In this document: piece after piece, positions 1 to 10,483 of the stretch
Layout of the letters: every line of letters begins with the position of its first letter
Numbering within the stretch: position 1 is the first letter of the stretch
NCBI GenBank assembly: GCA_022813865.1
Contig: JALDZX010000106.1
Location: 1-37,163, forward strand
DNA from: Xylographa opegraphella
Lineage: Eukaryota
Reading direction: 5' to 3'
DNA length: 37,163 nucleotides
The notes under the pieces: generated by a model
What the model was told of the DNA's origin: nothing
The model's input: the letters and a program-made list of their open reading frames with translations, nothing else
Databases searched by the model: none
Position numbers and translations under genes: made by a program

Positions 1-115
1 CCGTCCCTACTGATCACCTGTGCTCAGTGCCCTAGCCCTTCGCGCTAGACTGAGCAGCCGCCGCATTAGGGTTCCTCCGCGACGAGCTCACCCGGTTCTG
101 GCCTGAACCTTAACA
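1..115. mobile_element. Probable end of a GC-rich LTR, truncated by the window edge
   Basis: GC-rich non-coding segment ending abruptly in ...CCTTAACA (TGTTA on the other strand, a typical fungal LTR terminus). No second copy in the window. Confidence 0.4.
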
Positions 116-265
116 TGTAATCGATTATAATCGATTTTAAATCGAACATATTATTCGATTTTGATTACGATTCTTGAAATTTTATTCGAATATGATTATT
201 ATTTTTAAAATCAAAATCGAATATGATTTCGAGTTTTTGTAATCGATTTTTTTGATTTCACTACA
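116..265. repeat. 150-bp AT-rich degenerate (RIP-like) element
   Basis: TGTA...TACA termini, sharp composition switch at both ends, many TCGA/ATCGA motifs like the RIP region further right. No TSD seen. Confidence 0.45.
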
Positions 266-330
266 GGGTCGGGGGAGCTCGTGGCTGGTGTTAGCGTGAC
301 CGGCTAGGACCAAGAAGCGATATACTAACC

Positions 331-3300
331 ATGTTGAGTACTAAGACGCGCCTACACCTGCGTAGCAGATATCGTGAAAATTACTCACGGTCTCGGCCTT
401 GGAGCTTGGATCCTGTTATGTATCAACACCATCAGCTATCCATATACTTGAGCCGATGCTGTTACCGCCACCAGCACACTGCCACTATCATGTCGATTTA
501 TATGTATTGCGAGCCTGGAAGTGTCCGAGCAGAGAACGTCCTGCCGGACATTAATCATGCCCACAACGCGTCGATAGAGATGTTTTGGAACCCTTCACGA
601 GGGATCACATTTGCAGCTTCTTCCCATAGTACTTCACGGACTCTTTCCCAAAAGTTTGCACTCTCTACTACCGCTTCAAACTTTGTTCAGGGGTCGATAA
701 GAGATAAGTCTCGTAGACCCAGCGACTTCTCCTCCGCAATAAAAGCTGCGAGTGGCCGTGCAAGGGTACCAGGTCATGTGCAACACAGGTGTCTATCAAC
801 AGGGGCGCTATTTTTGCCAGATCTACCGATTGTGTCGGCCACTCCAGACTATGGCCTCGGACGCTTTTTCGGAGACGATGTACCCAGACGAAAATTTATA
901 CCGAAGAAGCTAAACTCAACATCAAACCGCAAGGAAATGCCACCGCTGACCAGTGCGAAAAAGACCGCCGATAATACCAGACACAGCTCAGCACAGGTTG
1001 TGAATTTTAAGGTCTTTTCAGAAAGCAGGCAACCACTGAACAAGCATATCCGACCAGCCGGTCAAGGCGCAAAGCGAGAAAAAACATCCGAAGCTAGCAG
1101 AGCGTCTGTGCAACATTATACGACCCCGGACAACGACGCTGGAGAGCCAGGGATACAGCCTGCACGAGTTTCAGCAGAGCACAGCACTGCATTGAAAAAC
1201 GTCCTGAAGAACGGAATGCCAGCTTTCAGACCAATCGTTGTGTACCCAGAAGAACCAACACATACTGTTGGAGTTGCGGCGCAACTCCCAGTTTCTGCCA
1301 AACTCACATACTGCGAGACTCTTATCCTTGATGAGCGGATAGATGGGAACGGTAGCTTCACAACATTCGAAGCGATAGGACCTAGCACCGTGGACGGCTA
1401 TGTACATAGTCCCTTTCCTTACACGCCACGATCTGTACTCAAGGGAATGGCTGCTCACGCCGAACTGGAGCCAGTACATCATGCGGTTCTAGAAAAAGAA
1501 CGATTAGCTCACCGGAAAGGATTGGGTGTTCTTGAAAATAAGGATGGCACTTTGTTCTGCTATGTCAAGCGTCCATTTCTTAATCCTGAAAAGCAGTATA
1601 GAAAGCTGCGCGAGCTATTCAGACCAAGTGATCGAGGCTGGGTCACGATAGAAACATCACTAGAAGAAGCGGGGCAATATCCATATAACCATGGAGCTTT
1701 ACAGCACGTAGTTCACGAGATACGCACGCTCAAAATCGAGTACCAGGTTCTGACACATGAATACCGCAAGCTGCGCCGTTTTCGCCATTCTCTGGACCAG
1801 TATTCAGTCTTGAGTGCGGCCAAGAAGTATGTACTGCTTCGCGATATTCGCGAAGACATAACAAACGCTCTTATTGCCCAATGTAAACAGGGTTACGAGT
1901 TATTAAGCCGCTGTTTTGTGCATTTCCGGTATCTGCGTAAAGAGCGACACCAATTCACACGGCGCTTGACGGAGTGGCCCTGGACAATCCTTGAGGAGTA
2001 TCCATCTCCATTTTCAAGAGAATTAGCACTGTCCGCGCAAGGCAGCTATCGACGTTTTTGTTTCGTATATCATTGTCCCACTCATAACGATCTGTACAGA
2101 GCTGCTATGCGTGTGCGTAACATCAAGAGAGGCCTATCAGAGATATTATCATCGTGGAAGGACGTACAGAATGTCTGGAAGGATTTCTGGGTCGATTTTG
2201 GATATACGATGAACAAGAACTCGCCTAGCTTCGAACGTATGCTAGAGAGTAGAGTGATACGCCAGGAGTTTCTTAGAAACGGCCTATGGGACTACGAGGA
2301 GGTTTGTATTCGGCTGTCAAAATATGATCCTCTCGCTGTGCTAAGGCAGAATCCTGCGATTGTCCCTGCAATGGGCCGTATGTTGAAGGAGACAGACCAA
2401 TCGCAGCCGAAACAAGAGTGCTCAGCCGTATCAAATACTTCCACAACCACTTCGGTTCGTGCGGGAGATGAGGCAACCGTCTCAGAGCTGGCCTGTGAAC
2501 GGCGACTCGCTATCAACACAAGCTTTGATACATGTATGAATGACCACGGTAAACCGGTATCGACTGTGATTAGCAATTTTGGTTCACTCATTTCTGTTAC
2601 ACCTCCGACGGTCAGTTTTGATGCCAGTCCGAACCACGCCAGTAGCTGGAGTAGTGGACAGACGGTAATAGGCAAAAGTGATATTGAGACCTTTCCAGAT
2701 CAAGCGGAAAATCCAAGTCACGATGACGATCAACGCAATACTCAGCCCCTACATAAACCTTTGTCGTATAAGATTCCCGAATCAAAGCTGAAAGAAGCGA
2801 TGCTTGCTTCACAAAGCACTGCCCCTGCTTACTGGCAGTATACGCTGTACGAAAATTTGGCCGGTGAGAAGGTCAAAGTGTATTATTGCAAGAGCAAACA
2901 AATGGCCGAAGTGGTTGCGAAGCTCTTTTTAGACCAGGAAGTCATTGGTTTCGATGTTGAATGGAGGCCAAATGCACAATCTTCCGACGGTATCAGAAGA
3001 AACGTGTCTTTGATTCAGCTAGCTAGCGAGGAGCGCGTCGCTTTATTTCATATTGCCAGGTTCTCTCAAGCAGATACACTTGCTGATCTGCTAGCGCCAA
3101 CTCTTAAGGCAATAATGGAGGATCCAAAGATCAGCAAGGTTGGTGTCTCAGTAAAGTCGGATTGCACTCGCTTACGAAAATATATGGGCATTGAGGCTCG
3201 GGGTCTGTTTGAGCTGAGTCACTTGTACAAGCTGATCAAGTACTCGGCCCACGATACAGGTAAGATCGACAAGAGGCTCGTTGCACTGGCCAAACAGGTC

Positions 3301-3540
3301 GAGGACCATCTCCAACTTCCACTCTACAAAGGCGACGTTAGATGGAGTGATTGGAGTCAGCCCCTAAATGTAGATCAGCTACAGTATGCTGCATCAGATT
3401 CTTATGCTGGCTTACAACTATACGATGTAATGGAAGGGAAGCGAAAAGCATTGGAACCCACACCACCACGACCTGAACATGCCGAATTGGACCTCCCAAT
3501 TCGTCTAGCTACGGGCGAAACACCTATCACAGAAGACTAA
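331..3540 (+). CDS. WRN-like DEDDy 3'-5' exonuclease domain protein with long N-terminal region (start codon uncertain)
   Basis: 1069-aa ORF. C-terminal motifs IGFDVEWRP (ExoI), VSLIQLAS, KVGVSVKSDCTRL (ExoII), SDWSQPLNVDQLQYAASDSY (ExoIII). Confidence 0.85.
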   Translation: MLSTKTRLHLRSRYRENYSRSRPWSLDPVMYQHHQLSIYLSRCCYRHQHTATIMSIYMYCEPGSVRAENVLPDINHAHNASIEMFWNPSRGITFAASSHSTSRTLSQKFALSTTASNFVQGSIRDKSRRPSDFSSAIKAASGRARVPGHVQHRCLSTGALFLPDLPIVSATPDYGLGRFFGDDVPRRKFIPKKLNSTSNRKEMPPLTSAKKTADNTRHSSAQVVNFKVFSESRQPLNKHIRPAGQGAKREKTSEASRASVQHYTTPDNDAGEPGIQPARVSAEHSTALKNVLKNGMPAFRPIVVYPEEPTHTVGVAAQLPVSAKLTYCETLILDERIDGNGSFTTFEAIGPSTVDGYVHSPFPYTPRSVLKGMAAHAELEPVHHAVLEKERLAHRKGLGVLENKDGTLFCYVKRPFLNPEKQYRKLRELFRPSDRGWVTIETSLEEAGQYPYNHGALQHVVHEIRTLKIEYQVLTHEYRKLRRFRHSLDQYSVLSAAKKYVLLRDIREDITNALIAQCKQGYELLSRCFVHFRYLRKERHQFTRRLTEWPWTILEEYPSPFSRELALSAQGSYRRFCFVYHCPTHNDLYRAAMRVRNIKRGLSEILSSWKDVQNVWKDFWVDFGYTMNKNSPSFERMLESRVIRQEFLRNGLWDYEEVCIRLSKYDPLAVLRQNPAIVPAMGRMLKETDQSQPKQECSAVSNTSTTTSVRAGDEATVSELACERRLAINTSFDTCMNDHGKPVSTVISNFGSLISVTPPTVSFDASPNHASSWSSGQTVIGKSDIETFPDQAENPSHDDDQRNTQPLHKPLSYKIPESKLKEAMLASQSTAPAYWQYTLYENLAGEKVKVYYCKSKQMAEVVAKLFLDQEVIGFDVEWRPNAQSSDGIRRNVSLIQLASEERVALFHIARFSQADTLADLLAPTLKAIMEDPKISKVGVSVKSDCTRLRKYMGIEARGLFELSHLYKLIKYSAHDTGKIDKRLVALAKQVEDHLQLPLYKGDVRWSDWSQPLNVDQLQYAASDSYAGLQLYDVMEGKRKALEPTPPRPEHAELDLPIRLATGETPITED

Positions 3541-3993
3541 ACTGACAATACAGTTGAGACTGCTAGCAATGCTAATATTCCATTACATGGTATAAAGGAA
3601 ATGGATCGGGATTCCCTTCATGGTTCGATTGAAGACATAGTGCAGATCAAGGTTGGTGAGAAGCTTGGCTCTGCCAAGCCTTATCAAATCGTGAAGGCAG
3701 AGGACTGGGTTAATGAACGGAGAAGCAACGTTCCGGTGTCAACCAAATCGCAGACGGGCTTAGCTGTTCTTCGCGCATACTATCTTTGGCACCACCTAGC
3801 ATTAGAAGTACCAGATATTACTAGCTTGCTTACAGATCTGGTGTTATCGAAATTAGTTGTGGCTAGATTTATACTTGAAGCTATCAAGATAGAAGATCTG
3901 CCCTAGGAGAATACTCAGCTCGCCGAGTTATTTAAGCATTTGTCGGAAGCAGGAAAGCGGAGATATAAGGATTTGATAGAACGATTACAGTGA
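3541..3993 (+). pseudogene. In-frame C-terminal continuation of the exonuclease gene, cut off by TAA (3538-3540) and interrupted by TAG (3904-3906)
   Basis: Same frame as 331..3540. Reads ...LRAYYLWHH...FILEAIKIEDLP*ENTQLAELFKHLSEAGKRRYKDLIERLQ* to TGA 3991-3993, resembling from memory the helical tail of fungal homologues. Confidence 0.6.
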
Positions 3994-4434
3994 ATCGGCC
4001 TGCATATGGATTTGGAATTTTGTTGAGGGCAATTTTGGACATCAGCTGCATGGGCTGAAGTGGAATATAGCTATCGAGATAAGAGCCAGAACCGTGTCAC
4101 TGCCGTATTGGCACGACTTTTGGCGAAAACGTGGTTCCATCATTTGAAAGTATGGATCAAAAATCTCTCACAAGGATAATGTGGTTGTTTTCCAAAATAC
4201 ACAGGTGGACACATCGAGTCGCCAGGACGAAGTATTTGAGAGACTTAGAGAAATAAGTTGTTATTAGAGTCCTTGTTACGAGACCTACAGTAAAGACTAG
4301 CATGACTACCGCAAGCCTAAAACACAAACTTTTCCAGTCCTTTGTAGTGATCTTGAAGAGCAATCCACCATATCTATCTTACATATCCACCGTTGAGCTT
4401 CATAGTTTCTGCTGCAGCCTCAGGCTTCGCCTCA

Positions 4435-5588
4435 CTAAGAAAGCTTTTCCAATCCACGAGCAACTTCCAGCTTCATAAATTGCAGCTTATCGGCCATTAT
4501 CTGTGCGTCTCGCTCAACCGCCATAAACTGGTTCACTAATGTCCCTACCAGGTCCTTGTGCTGCTGGATATTCCATTCCCCCATCGCGGATGCCGAGCTG
4601 TAGAGAGACTCTCTACATTTGCCGATTCGTTGGCCAAGGGACCGAAAGCGCTCTTGCCCTACCTGCGCCATGTGCGTCTGAAGATCGATGATGTCACGCA
4701 GTACTTTGGCGTTCATAAGGTATTCTTCGCATGAAACAATTTTCGGCTGGGTGATTGAAGTTCCCATGAAGCGTTCTGGAATTCTTGATTGAGGGCCGGG
4801 CCGGAATGAGTCACGCGATAGCTCTTGAAGAATTGTGTAGGAGGCAACAGCAGGCTCGAGGCGCTGAGGAGTCTCGAAGGCAGAGTGCGAGCAACTACGC
4901 CAGTTCTGGTGAAACGCAAGCTGGGATCTAGCATTACGACCTGCCACAGCTGGGACTGCATTTAATATAAGTATGAGACACTTGTATCAACGATTGAGCT
5001 ATTAGTGCTTACGTCCTGGTGCCATATGCATTGGCTCTTCGGCAATGTGACCAGTATTGTAATGTGCATAGAGACACACTTCGTCGGCCTTGCTGCATTT
5101 GCCATATTTGCGCCAATAGAAGCAGGTAAGATGCTTGACCGATTTCAGTTGATCTGCGTCATCGGTGTTAATAGCTATGCACTTCGACACTGACAATCAA
5201 TTGAATTGCGTGTGAGGAACTCACCATGTGTAGTGGATGACGTCTTCACCACCATAGACATTGATTGTGCAGAGAACATAGATGTCTTGGCGTTGCTATC
5301 ACGATATATAAGGGTACGATCCGGTGTGTAGGGTGGTACTGATTCCAGCGAGAGCACTGGGCGTCCTCGCGTAAGCATATTATCCACGGTAGAAGACCCA
5401 GGCGCAGGCGAACGACGGATAGGTGGTGCAACATAGGCCTGATTTCTGGTTGAAACTGAGGCGCCGGTACAATCTATGGAAGGAAACGAAACACTGTGTG
5501 CAGAAGAAAGTGAAGATACGAAAGAAGGAGTAGTAGGATTAACGCCTGAGACGCGTCTGCCACCTAGACCGTCTGAGTTGTCCTGCAT
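4435..5588 (-). CDS. CCCH zinc-finger protein, 3 exons (5588-5225, 5174-5013, 4955-4435), 348 aa
   Basis: Introns GTGAGT...ATAG (5224-5175) and GTAAGC...GCAG (5012-4956) join three ORF-track fragments in frame (1047 nt). Motif CFYWRKYGKCSKADEVCLYAH followed by PGLPAVAGRNA, and a coiled-coil-like C-terminus. Confidence 0.75.
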
Positions 5589-6014
5589 CGTGTTTAACCA
5601 CGCTAGAAGAGATGTAAGTAAGATATGAAACAGCTCTCGGAGTACAGAAGCACTACACAGATTAAGATAAAGGTCTGAAAAGCTTAAAGGTATCTAACCT
5701 GTGTAATTTATACAGTTCGTCAGATGATTTTGAGCCCAAATTTCTGTAAAAAATATGTCCGATACGACTTGAAGAACATACTTATATTGTGGAAAAGGCT
5801 AATTCCGTGACGCTTAAAACGAGATTAGCATTTGTTGCTTTGTCCGCATATACCAATAGCTTGACAATTAAAGGACGAGGGCAGATTATATTTGTCCATG
5901 GGTTCGATTGCTCTACTCTGTGTCATGCAGATATCCTTCACGCAAGACTCTTGCATGTCCCGAAACACATCAGATACTGCTGCAACCAGCCAAGAATCCA
6001 GTGACTGTGCATGA

Positions 6015-7658
6015 TTAGCGCCAAAACTTCCATCCTTCTCTATTCTGATGTCCGCTAACTCCCACAAGACGCTCAACACCTTCGCGCCCTTCTGCATTCA
6101 AGAATTTATCCTGATTAATTTCTTCTCCTCCTTCTTTCTCAGTCCCGTTCTTGAATACAGCTGGCCACAGGACACCAATACCCCTGCCTCCAAGCGTGGT
6201 CTCAAACCTTTCGAAGTTTTCAGCTTCGAGTTGAGTTTCTAGATCCTTCAATTCTTCAGCTTTCGCACCTGGCCTTACCAATGTGATGGTACAACCACCA
6301 CCACCAGCACCAGTTAGTTTTGTCCAACCACAACCCACAGTATCAACCAATTCTCGTATTCGCTCGAGCCTTGGGTGAGAGACACCAAGGGTGACGAGTA
6401 GGCCATGATTCATATTCAATAAAGCACCGATTGCTTTGAGCGAATCATGGTCGAATTTATCGAACCCTGGTGCAGATAGCAATTCGTGTGCTGATTCTGT
6501 AATCTTGTCAATGGCTTCCAAGATGAGGCCTGTCACAATTGGTTGTGTGTTCTTGAGTGCTGCCACCTTCGCAACCTCAACGGCTGTGGACCTCACATTT
6601 CTGGTATTGACAAGTAAAAGTGGCAGCTCGGGGAAATTGCCTATCAACCGAACATGCGGCGACTTTCCGTAATCTTCACGCTTGAATATGACTGCCTTGC
6701 CGTAAGCAGCAACAGTGTTGTCGACGCCACTCGGATTGCCGTGTATACACAACTCCCCCACAAAAGCCCACCTATTGATCCGCTCGATCTGCAAATCTGA
6801 TTCCTCATGCGGCTGGTCCGGATGTGGGCCGGCTAGCGTCCGTATTTGAAGTAGCAAAGCAGAACTAATACAAACACTAACGCTTGCACTACTGCCAAGT
6901 CCTGCTCCGATAGGCAATGTCGAGCGAAGCGTATAGATACAAGCGGGAAACTCTTGCGATCCTAAGGAGAGAAATAAGTACAGAAAACACGAAGCCGCTG
7001 CTTGGTGAATTTTCCGTGCTTTCAAGGGCACTTTGGGAGAAACGGTTGTGATGTGCGGTTGCATTGCTTCCACCAAATCGGGGTCCAATGAAGTGATTAA
7101 ATCGTAATAAAACTTCTTTTTGCTTGGATGTGCAAAAGTAGACCAGGGGAGATCGTCAATATGCCAGGTATGGTCCAGAGATATATCTGGGAATTTGAGG
7201 GTGATGGTCCGACGTGACTTTGACAGAGCAGTAACAAGGAGATAGGAACGCAATGAAATAGAAGCTGCCATTGCTGCTTTCCCGTACACAACTGCATGCT
7301 CGCCGAAAACGATGATCTTACCAGGTGCCGAGGTCATGAAGGCTGGCATCATCGGAGAAGATGACTTCCTGTCTAAGACGCCACTTCGGCTTTTTAATGA
7401 GCTGTAGCCATTTATGCCATCCTGCAAACTCCCATCCAGCAAGTGAGGAATATCGCATCTTGGGTTCAATGAGGTATTCTGAGCATTTTCTGCTGACTTT
7501 GGTATAGGTTCTGGGAGGGAGGCATTTCTTCCATTTCCAATCGGCAGACTCCTAAGAGTAGAGCTACCGTTTGTTAGCTCTCCATTGTGCGTCGGCTCTA
7601 CCCCCAACGTTTCCTTCGGTTGAACTGTAGCCATTGACGACGAGTTGCAGCGTGGCAT
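6015..7658 (-). CDS. ERG12: Mevalonate kinase
   Basis: GHMP kinase motifs SAPGKIIVFGEHAVVYG, LPIGAGLGSSAS, IHGNPSGVDN, KLTGAGGGG. First ATG at 7658 (the ORF-track start at 7697 is TTG). Intronless. Confidence 0.95.
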   Translation of the reverse strand: MPRCNSSSMATVQPKETLGVEPTHNGELTNGSSTLRSLPIGNGRNASLPEPIPKSAENAQNTSLNPRCDIPHLLDGSLQDGINGYSSLKSRSGVLDRKSSSPMMPAFMTSAPGKIIVFGEHAVVYGKAAMAASISLRSYLLVTALSKSRRTITLKFPDISLDHTWHIDDLPWSTFAHPSKKKFYYDLITSLDPDLVEAMQPHITTVSPKVPLKARKIHQAAASCFLYLFLSLGSQEFPACIYTLRSTLPIGAGLGSSASVSVCISSALLLQIRTLAGPHPDQPHEESDLQIERINRWAFVGELCIHGNPSGVDNTVAAYGKAVIFKREDYGKSPHVRLIGNFPELPLLLVNTRNVRSTAVEVAKVAALKNTQPIVTGLILEAIDKITESAHELLSAPGFDKFDHDSLKAIGALLNMNHGLLVTLGVSHPRLERIRELVDTVGCGWTKLTGAGGGGCTITLVRPGAKAEELKDLETQLEAENFERFETTLGGRGIGVLWPAVFKNGTEKEGGEEINQDKFLNAEGREGVERLVGVSGHQNREGWKFWR

Positions 7659-7979
7659 TGGTGGAGCACTTTCAGCTCTAGACGTCTGAGGTTTCAATAA
7701 GCGCTCTAGCGCGTGGGAACGGTTGGATATCTAAGCCTTTCGGTAAAGTTTCTGGCACATATCCTAAATTGGTGCCTCTAACCCGAACAAGTGAAGGCCA
7801 CATCGTCAGAACCTCGGATGATAAATAAATAAGACAGCTCACCTTTGAACACCGTTTACGCCATCAGATCGTATCCGCACACTGCATACTCCCATCTCAA
7901 CCTCACCTCATATCCTCACTTCATAACCTCACTTCATATCCTCACCTCATATCCTCACCTCATATCCTCACACCTTAGC
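7659..7979. promoter_or_regulatory. Putative bidirectional promoter between ERG12 and STE24
   Basis: Only 321 bp separate the two divergent start codons. Confidence 0.55.
7901..7970 (+). repeat. 13-bp tandem repeat (CCTCACCTCATAT), about 5 copies, in the STE24 5' leader
   Basis: Visible repeats with minor variants directly upstream of ATG 7980. Confidence 0.85.
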
Positions 7980-9511
7980 ATGGATCTACTACAGGTGATA
8001 TACTCCTGCTATTGGTAAGCCCGCCAATGTGCTAACTAATATATTTAGAGTCTTGCTCGCTTTTTGGACCGCCCACTTTTCCCTTGGAAGCGCTTGATCG
8101 TAGGATTTTCGGTCGGACAGTACATTTTTGAATGCTTTCTATCTTTACGGCAGTACCAGATATTGAACGAGAAGAAACCCCCTAAGGTGCTGGAACGTGA
8201 AGTGTCCCAAGAAGTCTTTGACAAGAGCCAGGCATATGGGCGAGCAAAAGCAAAGTTCGGACTAGTCTCTTCTCTATATGGCCAAGCACAAAACCTTGGC
8301 TTCATTTACTATAATTTCCTACCGAAGCTATGGGCTCTGACGGGTATATTGCTCGTACGATACGTGCCGGCGCATTATACAGGCGAAATAATGCACACGC
8401 TGATCTTTTTCTTCACCTTCAATGTCATCACGACAGTGCTGAACCTCCCCACCTCATATTACAGTACCTTTGTCTTGGAAGAGAAGTATGGCTTCAACAA
8501 GCAGACGCTGAAACTATGGGTTACAGATATGATCAAGGGGCAGGCCCTGATGGTGATCTTCGGAGCGCCTCTTCTGAGCGCATTCCTAGCCATCGTACAG
8601 AAGACTGGCAATGGATTCTTCTATTATCTCTGGCTTTTCGGAGTTGGTGTGCAGGTTTTTATGATCACCATATACCCTATTGTGATCTTGCCACTATTCA
8701 ACAAGCTTTCGCCCCTGGAAGAGGGACCACTGAAAACAGGAGTTGAGGCTCTAGCGAAGCGTCTCGACTTTCCGTTGAAAGAGCTGTATATCATTGATGG
8801 AAGTAAGAGAAGCGCACACAGCAATGCGTACTTCTATGGACTCCCATGGAAAAAGCATATCGTCATCTACGATACACTCATTGAGAAAAGTGAAACAGAA
8901 GAAGTGGTTGCTGTAATAAGTCACGAATTGGGTCACTGGAGTCTAAGTCATACCAGTAAACTTTTCGGAATCTCACAGGTATGTCACGTACTAACAGAGA
9001 GCGGCGACGGACACTAAAATCGGTGCCCAGTTCCATATGTTCTATCTGTTCGCTCTGTTTTCGGTTTTTATCGACAATAGATCTCTATATGAATCGTTCG
9101 GCTTCCATAGAGAATTCCCGATCATCATTGGCTTCATCCTTTTCTCGGATGCATTAGCGCCGATGGATACAGTGGTGAAACTACTCATGAACATCCTAAG
9201 TAGGAAGTACGAATTCCAAGCAGGTGAGTTGTGAATAGTATCCAAAAAAAGATTTAAATGTAAGCTGATATTGCCGAGACGAATTTTCAGCAAAACTCGG
9301 TTATTCGAAGGAGCTCGCAAAATCTCTCATTAAGCTCCAGATTCAAAATCTTAGCACAATGAACGCAGACTGGCTATATGCCAGCTACCATTTCTCGCAT
9401 CCAATATTGCCCGAACGACTAGGAGCTCTTGGATGGGTGAGCGATGAGAAATCATCCGCGAGAAAGATGGATACCGAACGACCCCTCAAAGCGGCGGATA
9501 GAGAACTATAA
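7980..9511 (+). CDS. STE24: CAAX prenyl protease 1 (M48 zinc metalloprotease), 4 exons (7980-7994, 8049-8978, 9031-9223, 9279-9511)
   Basis: MDLLQ|SLARFLDRPLFPWK start, DGSKRSAHSNAYFYG, HELGH (HExxH), EFQAD, YHFSHPILPERL. GT-AG introns with CTAAC/CTGAT branch sites. Ends in ...DREL. Confidence 0.95.
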
Positions 9512-9681
9512 ACGGGCATTTCTATACCACCAAACGAACAATTTGGAATGTATTTGGAATTCCTGCTGTTGTTATGGTCGTTGTTCTTGCAAACACTGCA
9601 ATTGTCAGCCGTAAGTTCTGTTGGGAACCAGCGAAGCATTCCTTGAAGACACCGCCACAGCCACTCTTGGAGCCCTTCACC

Positions 9682-10299
9682 CTACTTCCGATTGAAACCA
9701 GTCCCTTTCTTCCTGGCTTCTGACTCCGCCCTTTCGGCCCTTCTTCTTTCCCGCTTCCTGCGCTTCCTATCCTCTTTCCCGTTATCAGTTCGGGTTCCGT
9801 GAACCCGTGGTACTTCAACGTCTTCTCCCAGTAGATCTGTCACACCTTGGAGTCTATCTCCAACTTCTCCTTGTGTGATATCTTGTTCCCGCTCAAATTC
9901 TGTCTTGTCTTGCCAATCCTCCATGCCCATAAATACGTCGCTGCTGCGCACCACTTCCCGTGAATGAAGTGCAGTCAGCCTGTTCCGCGCCAAATCGTCT
10001 CCCTCGATTTGGTTATCGGGTAGTCCTCCATAATCATGCTCATCAACTAAAAGCTCGGCACTCAGGTGCTCTCCTCTAAGCCCCGCTGCGACTCGATGAA
10101 GGTTGTGAAGAGTAAGGCCTGCATGTGGACTTGAAGTAGCGAAGACAGGACCGCCTGCGGTAAGGAGTGCATTAGGCTGCAGGTACGGCTGATCGATAGC
10201 TGCTACAAGATACTTGGACAAAAGGCTTAGAGCTTTCGAGGGCGGAATCTGTCGGGATAAATGTATCCGATGAGGAGGAAGGATATCAAGCAATACCAT
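9682..10299 (-). CDS. Fungal hypothetical protein, possibly RNA polymerase I subunit A14-like
   Basis: 205-aa ATG ORF with a basic NLS-like tail. N-terminal pattern IH...ALSLLSKYL...LHNLHRVAAGLRG recalls the yeast Rpa14 helices (by eye only). Confidence 0.7.
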   Translation of the reverse strand: MVLLDILPPHRIHLSRQIPPSKALSLLSKYLVAAIDQPYLQPNALLTAGGPVFATSSPHAGLTLHNLHRVAAGLRGEHLSAELLVDEHDYGGLPDNQIEGDDLARNRLTALHSREVVRSSDVFMGMEDWQDKTEFEREQDITQGEVGDRLQGVTDLLGEDVEVPRVHGTRTDNGKEDRKRRKRERRRAERAESEARKKGTGFNRK

Positions 10300-10483
10300 T
10301 ATTGAGGAGATAGCTTGTGAGAGTTAATGTACCCTATGTTTCTTGCATGGTTGACTACGTATTGTTTCGAATATGATTGGCTCAGAACGGTTTTCTTAGC
10401 ACAACAACTTTGCCAAGCTGCTGGTGCTTTGCCGAATTAAGAACATCGCTGCTTTCTTTATTGAGCCGTCATCACAATCAGGC

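Noticed and set aside
789..9818. Numerous short overlapping or antisense ORFs in the gene-dense region
   Set aside because: Shadows of the real genes, with no independent motifs.
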